Virus record (IMG/VR): IMGVR_UViG_3300015263_000599
Location: 30,453 to 94,452 of that record
DNA length: 64,000 bases
Direction: 5' to 3' (one strand)
Source: a virus
Each line of letters begins with the position of its first letter. Positions within the stretch are counted from its first letter, which is position 1. Below, piece after piece: positions 27,857 through 36,534 of the stretch. The position numbers were made by a program, and so were the translations under genes. The notes under the pieces are model-generated. The model worked only from the letters and a program-made list of their open reading frames with translations. It ran no database searches and had not been told where the DNA came from.

Positions 27857-28547
27857 TCAAAAACGAGTTCTGCCAGCGTTCCCCCGAACGCCGCATCTTC
27901 CGTGGAGCCAAAACACAGAAGATGACGATCTCATTGCGGAACAAGCTGAACTTCAACCGTTGTTCGATAATCCGGTCAACGTCGAAGAGAAAATCGATGG
28001 TGCCAGCGTTGGTATGACATTCTGGCAAGGCCACCCCCTCATTCGTAACCGTGACCACATACTTCGTAAGGGGTATGTGAAAGACACACCGGCGAAGAAG
28101 CAATTCGCCCCCATCTGGAACTGGTTCTACGATAACCAGAAAAAGTTTGAGTACATTCTGAGCCATGGGCCGCTTAGTGTGTATGGGGAGTGGATGGTCG
28201 CTCGCCACGGCATCTACTATGACCGGCTTCCAGATTTGTTCATCGCCTACGATGTGTACAACTACGAGGCCGACTACTTCCTCTCGCCAACCATCGCTCG
28301 TCCAATGCTCGAAGAGTGCGGCTTCGCCATCCCTCGCCTGTTTCATCAAGGCGACCCCCTTCCCTCGGAACTTCCCGACTGGATCAACTCACAAGGGCAG
28401 TGGTGCGATAGCGTCGTAGAAGGTCTGTACTTCAAGGTTCACAATGGCGAACGAATCACTCACCGATTCAAACAAGTGAGTGATCAGTTTGTGCGTGGGC
28501 AGTTTTGGGACGGAAAGACGTTGCTCAAGAACGGAGTCGCCAAATGA
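27840..28547 (+). CDS. ATP-dependent RNA ligase family protein
   Basis: FPRTPHLPWS, motif I EEKIDG, YGEW, FIAYDV, EGLYFK, RFKQV. Confidence 0.88.
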   Translation: MKRFSDQKRVLPAFPRTPHLPWSQNTEDDDLIAEQAELQPLFDNPVNVEEKIDGASVGMTFWQGHPLIRNRDHILRKGYVKDTPAKKQFAPIWNWFYDNQKKFEYILSHGPLSVYGEWMVARHGIYYDRLPDLFIAYDVYNYEADYFLSPTIARPMLEECGFAIPRLFHQGDPLPSELPDWINSQGQWCDSVVEGLYFKVHNGERITHRFKQVSDQFVRGQFWDGKTLLKNGVAK

Positions 28548-29122
28548 GCGATACTACCAGAAGAGTCATTCATCCCGATTGCTGCGAAGAGATGCGGAAA
28601 TACCAATCCATCTCTCTTTCGCTTCCTGACTCCTTCTATGGTGGAGATATTGAGACACCGCCCATCTGGCGTGTGGCTGGTTGGCGATCTTTCCGCATCG
28701 ACATGATTAAGGTCGAAAAGGATGGTCAAGTTGATTTCCAATGGCCCCCAGAGAAGGACTGGCCGGTTCCTGATGTCGATGATGAATTGACCCGATGGGC
28801 TTTTGAGGCCAAGTATTGTCCGTACTGTGGCGAACATGTGCCACCCATCGTGCCTCGCACTATTTGCGTCCCAGAACGTATTGCGATCTGTTCTGATGGT
28901 GGGTACTATTGCGACACTTGTTCTGAGAGGCTCATGTGCTGTCAGTGCTATCCGCCGCAATGGCGTTGGATGCCATACAAGTATTACCCGGAGTTCGGTG
29001 ACAACAAATTGTGTCGATGTGGACACCACTACTATCGACACTTCGATCCGTTCGACGATCCTCCCAACAGGGCTGTGGGATGCAAGTATTGCGATTGCCA
29101 CATCTTTGAGGAACAAAAATGA
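28544..29122 (+). CDS. Cys-rich hypothetical protein
   Basis: Multiple CxxC motifs (YCPYCG, CDTC, CKYCDC). Confidence 0.7.
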   Translation: MSDTTRRVIHPDCCEEMRKYQSISLSLPDSFYGGDIETPPIWRVAGWRSFRIDMIKVEKDGQVDFQWPPEKDWPVPDVDDELTRWAFEAKYCPYCGEHVPPIVPRTICVPERIAICSDGGYYCDTCSERLMCCQCYPPQWRWMPYKYYPEFGDNKLCRCGHHYYRHFDPFDDPPNRAVGCKYCDCHIFEEQK

Positions 29123-29745
29123 GCATCAACATGACACAAGCGTTGGTATTCGAAACCGACGACTTGCAATCGTTCGGAAAGTTGTTAGAACCTGTGTCTC
29201 AGATTCTCTTCGAAACGAAGAGCGGGAAGTACAAGCCGAAAGTGATCCTGAAGCCACCGAGCTATTGGGAAGACGGCCAGTACGAGGACTACGACCATCA
29301 TTCTGCTCAGCCCATGATGTTGCCCATCATGGACACAGAGACAGATGTACTTCTGGTCGAGCCATGTGCAACCTTCGGCGGGGCAACGCAACTGAAGGTT
29401 GTGGACAACGCCGCCACTCTCGATGAAGCGGCTCGCAAAGCTTGTGCCAAACGGCAAAAGCCACTGCCCAAAAGGCAGTGGATTTGTACAATTGAAAATT
29501 ACGTCGAACAAAGGGACTTCAAACGAGGTGAGTATGTGTCGCCCAAGAACCATCAGGAACTTGTGGGCGTCGTTCTGGAACTCTGTAGCAACGTAGACAA
29601 GGAGAAATTCCGCCATGATTTTGCCGACATAGAAGATCGCTACTTCGATGGTAGCGTTGGTGTGGGCTATCGGATGCAATGGAGACCCAACGGAGGTTGG
29701 AATGTCCTCGACATTTCGATGGTCCATGCGTATTACGGAAAGTAA
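29119..29745 (+). CDS. Hypothetical phage protein
   Basis: Coupled ORF ending DGSVGVGY...HAYYGK. Confidence 0.7.
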   Translation: MSINMTQALVFETDDLQSFGKLLEPVSQILFETKSGKYKPKVILKPPSYWEDGQYEDYDHHSAQPMMLPIMDTETDVLLVEPCATFGGATQLKVVDNAATLDEAARKACAKRQKPLPKRQWICTIENYVEQRDFKRGEYVSPKNHQELVGVVLELCSNVDKEKFRHDFADIEDRYFDGSVGVGYRMQWRPNGGWNVLDISMVHAYYGK

Positions 29746-29789
29746 TGTCATGCCCTTTCGAGGAAGGGTCTACACGGAGGGGATACTCC

Positions 29790-30302
29790 ATGGGATTGTA
29801 TCTGAGCCACTATGTCGGTCCCGTGCTGTTGGCAAAGCAGCACCCCGAGGAAGAGGACAGCAAATTCAAAGCCTGCTCAAACACTCAATGCGATTTATAT
29901 CGCAAACCAGATCGAGCTAAAGGCAAACACTGTCACGAGTGCGGCAGTGAAATCAAAGAGTACAAAGGCAAACCCCAGCGAATCAAGAAGCCCAAGTGGT
30001 TCGATGTCCAAGAAGAACTGGTCCGCAACAGCCTGAACTCCGAAGCTCTCTGGTGCAACGACTTTGCTGAGACTCCTGAAGGGTTCGATGTTCTGCTCTT
30101 CCCCAACAACTATCTCGGAATCGAACCGCCGAGAGACTTTCAGCCCGAAAACGCATCGCACTGCACGACGCTTCTAAGTAGCGTCGATCCGAAGGGCGAG
30201 ATCGCATGGTTCAAGACAACCTATGCGGCGCACATCAAGACGCTTACGCAACTCTATGATGAAGTTGTGGTCGAGTGGGGAGTGTTCAACTACCAAAGTT
30301 AA
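29790..30302 (+). CDS. Hypothetical Zn-ribbon protein
   Basis: RBS GGAGG; CSNTQC...CHECG. Confidence 0.65.
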   Translation: MGLYLSHYVGPVLLAKQHPEEEDSKFKACSNTQCDLYRKPDRAKGKHCHECGSEIKEYKGKPQRIKKPKWFDVQEELVRNSLNSEALWCNDFAETPEGFDVLLFPNNYLGIEPPRDFQPENASHCTTLLSSVDPKGEIAWFKTTYAAHIKTLTQLYDEVVVEWGVFNYQS

Positions 30303-30381
30303 TGTTGACGACTCATTTCTGAGACGTTAGCATTTATTGGTTGAGTTTTTCATTTCCGACACTTTCTGGAGGGATTCTCGC

Positions 30382-31500
30382 ATGACAACTACGCTGGAAC
30401 CAATTCGTACAACTCTCGCAACACAACTGCCGCCGCCGACTGAAGCAAGTCGGCCCAAGTTCCATGAGGCGTATTGGGCCGTCCTCAACAACAGCCGCCT
30501 CAAACGCATCATCGATGGTTTGGAGCCAGCGACCAACTGGACCAATGCCATCAACGAAGATGTGGCGAATGCTCATCAGTTCATTCGCAACTTCGCCGCC
30601 GACATGTCCCGGATCACCGGGCGTCGAATGGACATCGAAGGCACCCAACGGTTGTTCTCTGTCAAACAGCCAGAACACTCCTGCGGCAGCCTGAAGGAAC
30701 GGCTGGAAAAGGTTCATTCCGAATTCGAGTCTTCGTTCCGATCCGCCGTGCTCGGGATGAAGAAGAACCTGAAATCCATTCGGGAGAAAGAGTGGGGCTT
30801 CATCAAGACGAAGAACCACTTCCTGCCGATCTCCAAGATCGAGATCACCGGCACACCATCGACCGGCGAGACTCTGCTTGAGTCTGGCGGTGCTGTGGCT
30901 GGTTTCACGCACCTCGGCGTCGATCACGTCGTTCGCTCCATCCAGTTCGCCGAACCTTGCTTCAAGCCGGTGGACGACTTCACACGTTCGATTCCCAAGC
31001 ACGCCCAGCGGAAGCTGAAGGTGCTGGAATCGACTCACTACGACTACGAGCCGAAGATCCTCGACGGCGTGCTGGTCTCCGAGAAGGAAGAACAGCGTGC
31101 TACGCCGTTCCAAGACTGGTGTGAGTGGATGCAAGACCCTGCTCTCGCCATCCGTATCGACGGCCCTACTCAGGGATCATACCGGGACGACACGGCTGCG
31201 GCCTTTGACCGCTATGCCATCGACTTCTGGCGTGAGCCCTATCAGGGCGATCTCCAGCGAACTTGGACATGGGCCAAGAACAACCCCATCATGAAGGCGT
31301 TGTTCGTCTGGATGCCGCTGGCCGTCGCCATGTTCTTCGTCGCCTTCGTGCTCGGCAAAATGCCATGGAATGCCGAGGCGTCGTTCCTCCAAGGAACCAT
31401 CGGTGTTCTCGGTGTCCTCGCTATGCTGGGCGTGGTCATCGCCACGGTGATCAAGTGCTGGTCACACACTTATCTTCGCAACTGCCGCTGGCGGCTGTAA
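30382..31500 (+). CDS. Hypothetical protein with two C-terminal TM helices
   Basis: RBS GGAGG; strong codon bias; followed by terminator. Confidence 0.75.
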   Translation: MTTTLEPIRTTLATQLPPPTEASRPKFHEAYWAVLNNSRLKRIIDGLEPATNWTNAINEDVANAHQFIRNFAADMSRITGRRMDIEGTQRLFSVKQPEHSCGSLKERLEKVHSEFESSFRSAVLGMKKNLKSIREKEWGFIKTKNHFLPISKIEITGTPSTGETLLESGGAVAGFTHLGVDHVVRSIQFAEPCFKPVDDFTRSIPKHAQRKLKVLESTHYDYEPKILDGVLVSEKEEQRATPFQDWCEWMQDPALAIRIDGPTQGSYRDDTAAAFDRYAIDFWREPYQGDLQRTWTWAKNNPIMKALFVWMPLAVAMFFVAFVLGKMPWNAEASFLQGTIGVLGVLAMLGVVIATVIKCWSHTYLRNCRWRL

Positions 31501-31528
31501 GGTTGGGGGGTCGGAACTGGGGAAGACG

Positions 31529-31566
31529 AGCCCTCGGTGATGGGGATCACCGGGGGCTTTTTATTT
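31529..31566 (+). terminator. Rho-independent terminator at convergence point
   Basis: AGCCCTCGGTGAT/ATCACCGGGGGCT plus T tract. Confidence 0.8.
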
Positions 31567-33127
31567 ACCCTTCAAACGTGAGAGCAAAGCCTCTTCGGTT
31601 TTTGGCGTCGTTTAGAATCAATGTATGTCCGGTGCCAATTTTGTTCATGTATCCGATGATATCGTTTCCAGCATCGGCGACATAAATCAGGTCGGTTGCC
31701 AGATCCAACGAAATGTCATCTGGGAGAGCCCACACATCGCTATCGACGGCAAAAGCGTTACTTCCATCGGTGTCCATTCTATAGATGTAGAAAGGGATTC
31801 CCACATAGATGTGGCCGTTGGCTAGGTCCAACGTGATGCCTCGCACATTGTTGATCCCAGAATCTTTCACCACGGTTGGTGTGCCGCCAGCCGTACTGAG
31901 CTTCACCACCCTGCCCGTGCTGCTGTTGTTGGATTCCGTCCAATAGACAATGCCGTCAGATCCAACTGCGATTCTTTTGAGTTGGAATACTGTGTTGGCA
32001 AACAAGGCGTCATTTGAACCATCCAGATCACATCGACGGATTTGAGTTCCTGTTCCATAGTAAAGCTTGCCATTCGCCAAATCTAAGGTGATGCCCAAAG
32101 GAGATGTTGTTGTAAGAAGAGTGACTTGTCCAGTGCCAGCAGTCGTGGCCCGGCGAATAGCTCCGGTGTCGTACTCACACCAATACAAGTAACCGTTTGT
32201 TGAATCCAGTGCGATCTCATCAATGTTGTTGACGCCCGAAATCAGGGTTGAGACCGAATACGATTCTGTCATTCTTTCCAAAATCAAATCATCGCTGTTA
32301 GCCATATACATGAGGATGTCGTTGGCGACAGCAACATGAGCCGTTCCTGCGGCCACTACGCCGCCAGAAGTAACTTCGTAGAATGGAGTCACAATAGCTT
32401 CGCCACCCACCACAACACCACCAGATGTCGGTGGTGTTGCTGTATAAGACCGATCTGCCGCCCCAGCCGCCACGACGCCACCAGATGTTGGCATGTTGCT
32501 GATGAACAAGGCCGAACCACCAGCCACAACACCGCCGCCAACAGTGGTTTTTACTGTCACGCTGGCCGAACCACCGACCACGACGCCGCCAGATGGATAC
32601 TCGTTGAAGGGTCGCACTTTGGCTTCGCCGCCGACCACAGCACCACCAGATGGATACGCATATTGGTTGTAAGGTGCGTGCCCGCCAGCTACGACGCCAC
32701 CCTCTCGGCCCTTGTTGATCCACGATTCTTCAGCCGTGCCACCAACCACGACGCCGCCCCGAGGGTAATCGGTCAGATACAGGCCGCAGACTCTTGGAAC
32801 GCTCTGGAAGGCTTTGATCGTCTCCCGGACATTATCCTTGATGGCCCGTTGCTCAATCTTGATGATGATGTCGTATAACGTCACCAGATCGTCGAAGACA
32901 TCTGAGCTATAGGTGGTCAGACGAACGCAGTTCTTGAAGAGATCGAGGTAGATCACCGAGTTGATTTTGGTGATGACGAAATCGTACTCGTACTTATCAG
33001 ACGTGTATTGTGCAGGCTGGAGAGTTTTGCTCCATACCATACAACACTGCTCTGTGTTTTTGATGAGTTCGAGAAAGAGTCTTCTTTTGCGAACATTCTT
33101 GATTTCGACCAGATTGTTTTCAGCCAT
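31565..33127 (-). CDS. Putative virion/fibre protein: conserved N-domain, GGVVVGG repeats, YWTD-type beta-propeller
   Basis: About eight SGGVV[VA]GG.A repeats; IALD...YLYWCE, ITLD...KLYY, VYWTE repeats. Confidence 0.7.
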   Translation of the reverse strand: MAENNLVEIKNVRKRRLFLELIKNTEQCCMVWSKTLQPAQYTSDKYEYDFVITKINSVIYLDLFKNCVRLTTYSSDVFDDLVTLYDIIIKIEQRAIKDNVRETIKAFQSVPRVCGLYLTDYPRGGVVVGGTAEESWINKGREGGVVAGGHAPYNQYAYPSGGAVVGGEAKVRPFNEYPSGGVVVGGSASVTVKTTVGGGVVAGGSALFISNMPTSGGVVAAGAADRSYTATPPTSGGVVVGGEAIVTPFYEVTSGGVVAAGTAHVAVANDILMYMANSDDLILERMTESYSVSTLISGVNNIDEIALDSTNGYLYWCEYDTGAIRRATTAGTGQVTLLTTTSPLGITLDLANGKLYYGTGTQIRRCDLDGSNDALFANTVFQLKRIAVGSDGIVYWTESNNSSTGRVVKLSTAGGTPTVVKDSGINNVRGITLDLANGHIYVGIPFYIYRMDTDGSNAFAVDSDVWALPDDISLDLATDLIYVADAGNDIIGYMNKIGTGHTLILNDAKNRRGFALTFEG

Positions 33128-33166
33128 GCTCACCTCGGTTGGACATGGTATTTACGGTTTGCATGG

Positions 33167-34297
33167 TCATCTTACAGAGAATCCCAATTCTTCCAGTGCT
33201 GTGAGAATCTCTTCCAGATAATAGGATGGAGTGGCTCCGTCCGGGGTGTCGTACTTATAGGCAAACTCATCTCTGTCAGAAAGCCCGTTGGGAGGAGCAT
33301 AAAATCCCGTTCCGTTTTCCACAGCTTGAATAAGCTGCTTAAATCCAGCATATGGCTCCACTTGGAAAATCACCGCTCGATAGAAATATGTAGGAAACGT
33401 GTCCAGCCTCGCTCTCAATGCCGTCATATCTGTAATGAATCTTGAATTTGGCATTGGTGGAAACGTGAGATCTGCTGAATAGTAGCTCGATTCATCTTGA
33501 AACAGCAAAACCACGACATTACCAGCATCTTCCGGGAACTCATTCGATGGCAGAAGTTTATGATGAATCGCTTGAAATGTTGCTTCGTTGGACCAAGTGT
33601 CAACGATGATCACATGGTCGTCGTAAGCTGTTGAGTCGTTGTTGTAGAATCCTATTAAGGCATCTTTGAGGATCGTGTCTCGCATTGTCCTCAAAGGAGC
33701 CAACGTGCTGTTCATCGAACCGCTGGCATCGAAGTAAATGTAGATGTATGTGTTCTCGCCGATCACCAAGTTTTCTGCCGATCCACCAACAACCACGCCG
33801 CCAGAGCCAAATTCTTTGTATCGTTCTGGGACAAATGCTGCTCCACCAACAACCACGCCACCCGAGAATTCTTCTGCGTATCGTTCTGGGACGTGAACGA
33901 TTGGATCGCCAGCGACAACCACGCCACCAGAACCAACTTCGTCGTAGTAGATGGGGCAGTGGCACGGTCCCAAAATTTGTATTAGCCGCTCTTCTTCTTC
34001 AGGCAATCGAGTGAATTGCTTTTCGAGAATCAAGAAGATCGATTCGTACAGTGTGGTAACGTCTTCGTAGACCAACGAACTGTAGGACGCAGACAGTTTA
34101 CAGTTTTTGTAGACATCGAGCGTGATGCCGGTCCCTGTCTTGGTGATGATGAAACTGAATTGGTCTTTCTCAGCACTGTACTGGCCGGGCGCAATCTCGC
34201 TCCAGACCATACAACACGATTCAGTGTTCTTGATCAGTTCGAGGAAGATCTCCCTCTTGCGAATTGCTTTGATTTCCGTCAGGTTGTTGTCGGCCAT
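33167..34297 (-). CDS. Paralogue of neighbour: same N-domain, GGVVVGG repeats, vWA-like C-domain
   Basis: MADNNLTEIK..RKR..FLELIKNTE.CCMVWS; IYFDASGSM, FQDES. Confidence 0.7.
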   Translation of the reverse strand: MADNNLTEIKAIRKREIFLELIKNTESCCMVWSEIAPGQYSAEKDQFSFIITKTGTGITLDVYKNCKLSASYSSLVYEDVTTLYESIFLILEKQFTRLPEEEERLIQILGPCHCPIYYDEVGSGGVVVAGDPIVHVPERYAEEFSGGVVVGGAAFVPERYKEFGSGGVVVGGSAENLVIGENTYIYIYFDASGSMNSTLAPLRTMRDTILKDALIGFYNNDSTAYDDHVIIVDTWSNEATFQAIHHKLLPSNEFPEDAGNVVVLLFQDESSYYSADLTFPPMPNSRFITDMTALRARLDTFPTYFYRAVIFQVEPYAGFKQLIQAVENGTGFYAPPNGLSDRDEFAYKYDTPDGATPSYYLEEILTALEELGFSVR

Positions 34298-34427
34298 CTG
34301 GTCCTGCGTTCCTGTATGGGCAGTGGCGGCAACCGCTGAAGCAGCAGTGGCCTCGTCTTATTAGAAATTGGGCGGTAAGTACGATCCTCCCATTCTCTAT
34401 GTAGCAGTCTCCGGGTCTAAGATTCAT
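34221..34427 (-). CDS. Small Cys-rich protein (DUF5522-like)
   Basis: YIENGRIVLTAQFLIRRGHCCFSGCRHCPY; RBS AGGAG. Confidence 0.75.
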   Translation of the reverse strand: MNLRPGDCYIENGRIVLTAQFLIRRGHCCFSGCRHCPYRNAGPDGRQQPDGNQSNSQEGDLPRTDQEH

Positions 34428-34498
34428 GATGGGCGAAAAGCTCCTTGCTGATAATTGAGTTGGCAGCTATACTTAAGATTGATAAGGAGAAGTCTCAT

Positions 34499-34849
34499 AT
34501 GGCACCATGGGTATTGAATGAATACATCCACTTAGATGAAGCAGAATTGACGGAAATTGGCTGGTGGGCAGAATATGAGCCTTTTGATTATCCGGTTCGC
34601 CCTTTCACGTTAAGAGGGCATATATACATAGATGGCGAACCAATTTGTTCGATCAGATGCGGCACCAGCGGCGAACATTTGTTGTTGGTCGGCTCTGACG
34701 ACATTCAGCACGCCGGATTCAAAAACAACGCAGTTTGCCTTTTATGGAAATCCGATCCCGGAGAACACTTTCTTTGTATATCTTATGAAGTGATGGGAGC
34801 GGAGATCGAGATAACTCCACAATGGAGTTGGATGCAGGAGGGATTTTGA
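34499..34849 (+). CDS. Hypothetical protein ending WMQEGF
   Basis: RBS AAGGAG. Confidence 0.65.
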   Translation: MAPWVLNEYIHLDEAELTEIGWWAEYEPFDYPVRPFTLRGHIYIDGEPICSIRCGTSGEHLLLVGSDDIQHAGFKNNAVCLLWKSDPGEHFLCISYEVMGAEIEITPQWSWMQEGF

Positions 34850-35367
34850 TCTCAACAAATGACACAACAATCTTGGCGATGCTGAGTAGGTTCCCGGATA
34901 TCAGCCCAGAGGAAGCCGATGAGCATATTTCCAAGATTGAATTTGAGGAGAACGTCGCTGTCTGTCACGCAGTGATCGGTCGCATCTCTCCAGATGAACT
35001 TTCTGGAGATGCACGACAGACATATAACGAGTTCCATCGTTGGAGCATGGATAGAACAAGAAGATTCAGAAACGAACAACTGACGGCGAGACAACAGGGG
35101 AAAAGAACCCGAGAGTCGATCCGGCTAACACAACTGCATCAGCGTGGACTTGTCTCAGATGAGTTCATGTTGCTTTACGGGATTCAAGGAGAATTGCCAG
35201 AAAGGAATCTGTACTACCGGCTCTCCGACGAGGAGAAGCAGGCGATTTTTGCAGAACGCATGGAAAACCGATTTGGCCCGAACTGGAGAAGAAGGTTTCG
35301 CAACCTTCCAGCATTCTTAAAAGAAATTGACAACGCCAAGATCAATTGGCTTGAAGAAGGATTCTAA
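34846..35367 (+). CDS. Hypothetical protein ending WLEEGF
   Basis: AGGAGG then TTG overlapping upstream stop; start uncertain. Confidence 0.65.
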   Translation: MISTNDTTILAMLSRFPDISPEEADEHISKIEFEENVAVCHAVIGRISPDELSGDARQTYNEFHRWSMDRTRRFRNEQLTARQQGKRTRESIRLTQLHQRGLVSDEFMLLYGIQGELPERNLYYRLSDEEKQAIFAERMENRFGPNWRRRFRNLPAFLKEIDNAKINWLEEGF

Positions 35368-35390
35368 CAATTTCAACTCTTGGAGGTCTC

Positions 35391-35561
35391 ATGGATAAGC
35401 ATCGAGAAACCCAAATGGCTCTGAAGATCAGAAGTATCACCGGAAAGAAGCTCCGAACATGTTACTTTTGTGTGAGGTATCACAACGGTAACTATTCGAG
35501 AGCCCTCTCCATGTGTGCAGGTGAAACTGCGGAGGGTGATAGGCTGCGACAAGCAACGTAA
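35391..35561 (+). CDS. Small hypothetical protein (56 aa, not in ORF track)
   Basis: GGAGG RBS; MDKHRETQMALKIRSITGKKLRTCYFC... Confidence 0.45.
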   Translation: MDKHRETQMALKIRSITGKKLRTCYFCVRYHNGNYSRALSMCAGETAEGDRLRQAT

Positions 35562-35700
35562 ATTCAACCCTCTCAAAATCCTCAGTTGGATTCGACAAAG
35601 CAGACTGCTGACACTTCTTCATCGAAATGATGTTGAATAAGCGGCCAAAAACATCTACACTACTACCAGTCCCCAAGTCACTTCTCACGGAGAACCGATC

Positions 35701-36492
35701 ATGGAACTGGTAGTAGCTCTTGATATGCCAACACCAGAAGACAACCTCAATCTGGTCGATGAATTCTCTGGCTCCGGGGTGGACGTTCACTTCAAGATCG
35801 GTCTCAATACCTTCACGGCGGCTGGGCCGGATATCGTCAAGAAAATCAAAGATGCTGGCTTCAAGGTCGTTTTAGACCTCAAACTTTACGACATTCCAAA
35901 CACCATGGCAGGTGCCGCCACTCGCATCTGTGAATTGGGCGTCGATCTCTTCACCATTCATGCCTCTGCTGGTGAGCAGGGCATGAAAGCTGTCATGACA
36001 GCAATCACCGACTTCAAACGTGAGCACAAAACCGATGTAGCTCCAAAGGTGCTTGCCGTCACCATTCTCACATCGTTCACACACGACCACTGCATGAGTG
36101 TCTATGGCATTGGCCGATCTGACGGCACTGCACGACTGGTGGGCGAAGCCACAAAAGGTCTGGTGGATGGTGTTGTCTGTGCTGCTCCTGACCTTCCAAG
36201 CATCGATGTGTGGCAAACACAAATTTTGGAACGAAGTGCGCCACGCCCCAAACTCATCAAGTTCGTGCCGGGAATCGAACTGAAACCTCGTGCCGATGAT
36301 CAGAGCCGAAAGGGAACGCTCAGAGATGTCGTACTCGGCGGTGCCGATTACATCGTCGTAGGTCGCCCAATTTACCAGTTCGATGAACCAGTGAAGATGG
36401 CTGCTCTGATCAAGGAGAAAGTAGCGGCCATCGAAAAGGCGTGGGAAACTATCCAACGTCTCAAAGACTGGGAAGATCCACCACCAGCATAG
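35701..36492 (+). CDS. pyrF: Orotidine-5'-phosphate decarboxylase
   Basis: VVALD, FKIG, LDLKLYDIPNT, TIHA, VTILTS, VPGI, GADYIVVGRPI. Confidence 0.95.
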   Translation: MELVVALDMPTPEDNLNLVDEFSGSGVDVHFKIGLNTFTAAGPDIVKKIKDAGFKVVLDLKLYDIPNTMAGAATRICELGVDLFTIHASAGEQGMKAVMTAITDFKREHKTDVAPKVLAVTILTSFTHDHCMSVYGIGRSDGTARLVGEATKGLVDGVVCAAPDLPSIDVWQTQILERSAPRPKLIKFVPGIELKPRADDQSRKGTLRDVVLGGADYIVVGRPIYQFDEPVKMAALIKEKVAAIEKAWETIQRLKDWEDPPPA

Positions 36493-36534
36493 ACTCCTCG
36501 AAAAAACTGCCATACAATGTCAACGGAGGACAAA

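Noticed and set aside
32340-32770. Possible CRISPR or DGR repeats (CCACC-rich units)
   Set aside because: They are codon-level repeats for GGVVVGG with synonymous variation; there is no adenine-specific TR/VR pair and no reverse transcriptase in the window.
35586-35600. GGATTCGAC, resembling the tmRNA 5' motif
   Set aside because: No preceding GGGG acceptor strand and no matching T arm/CCA 3' end nearby.
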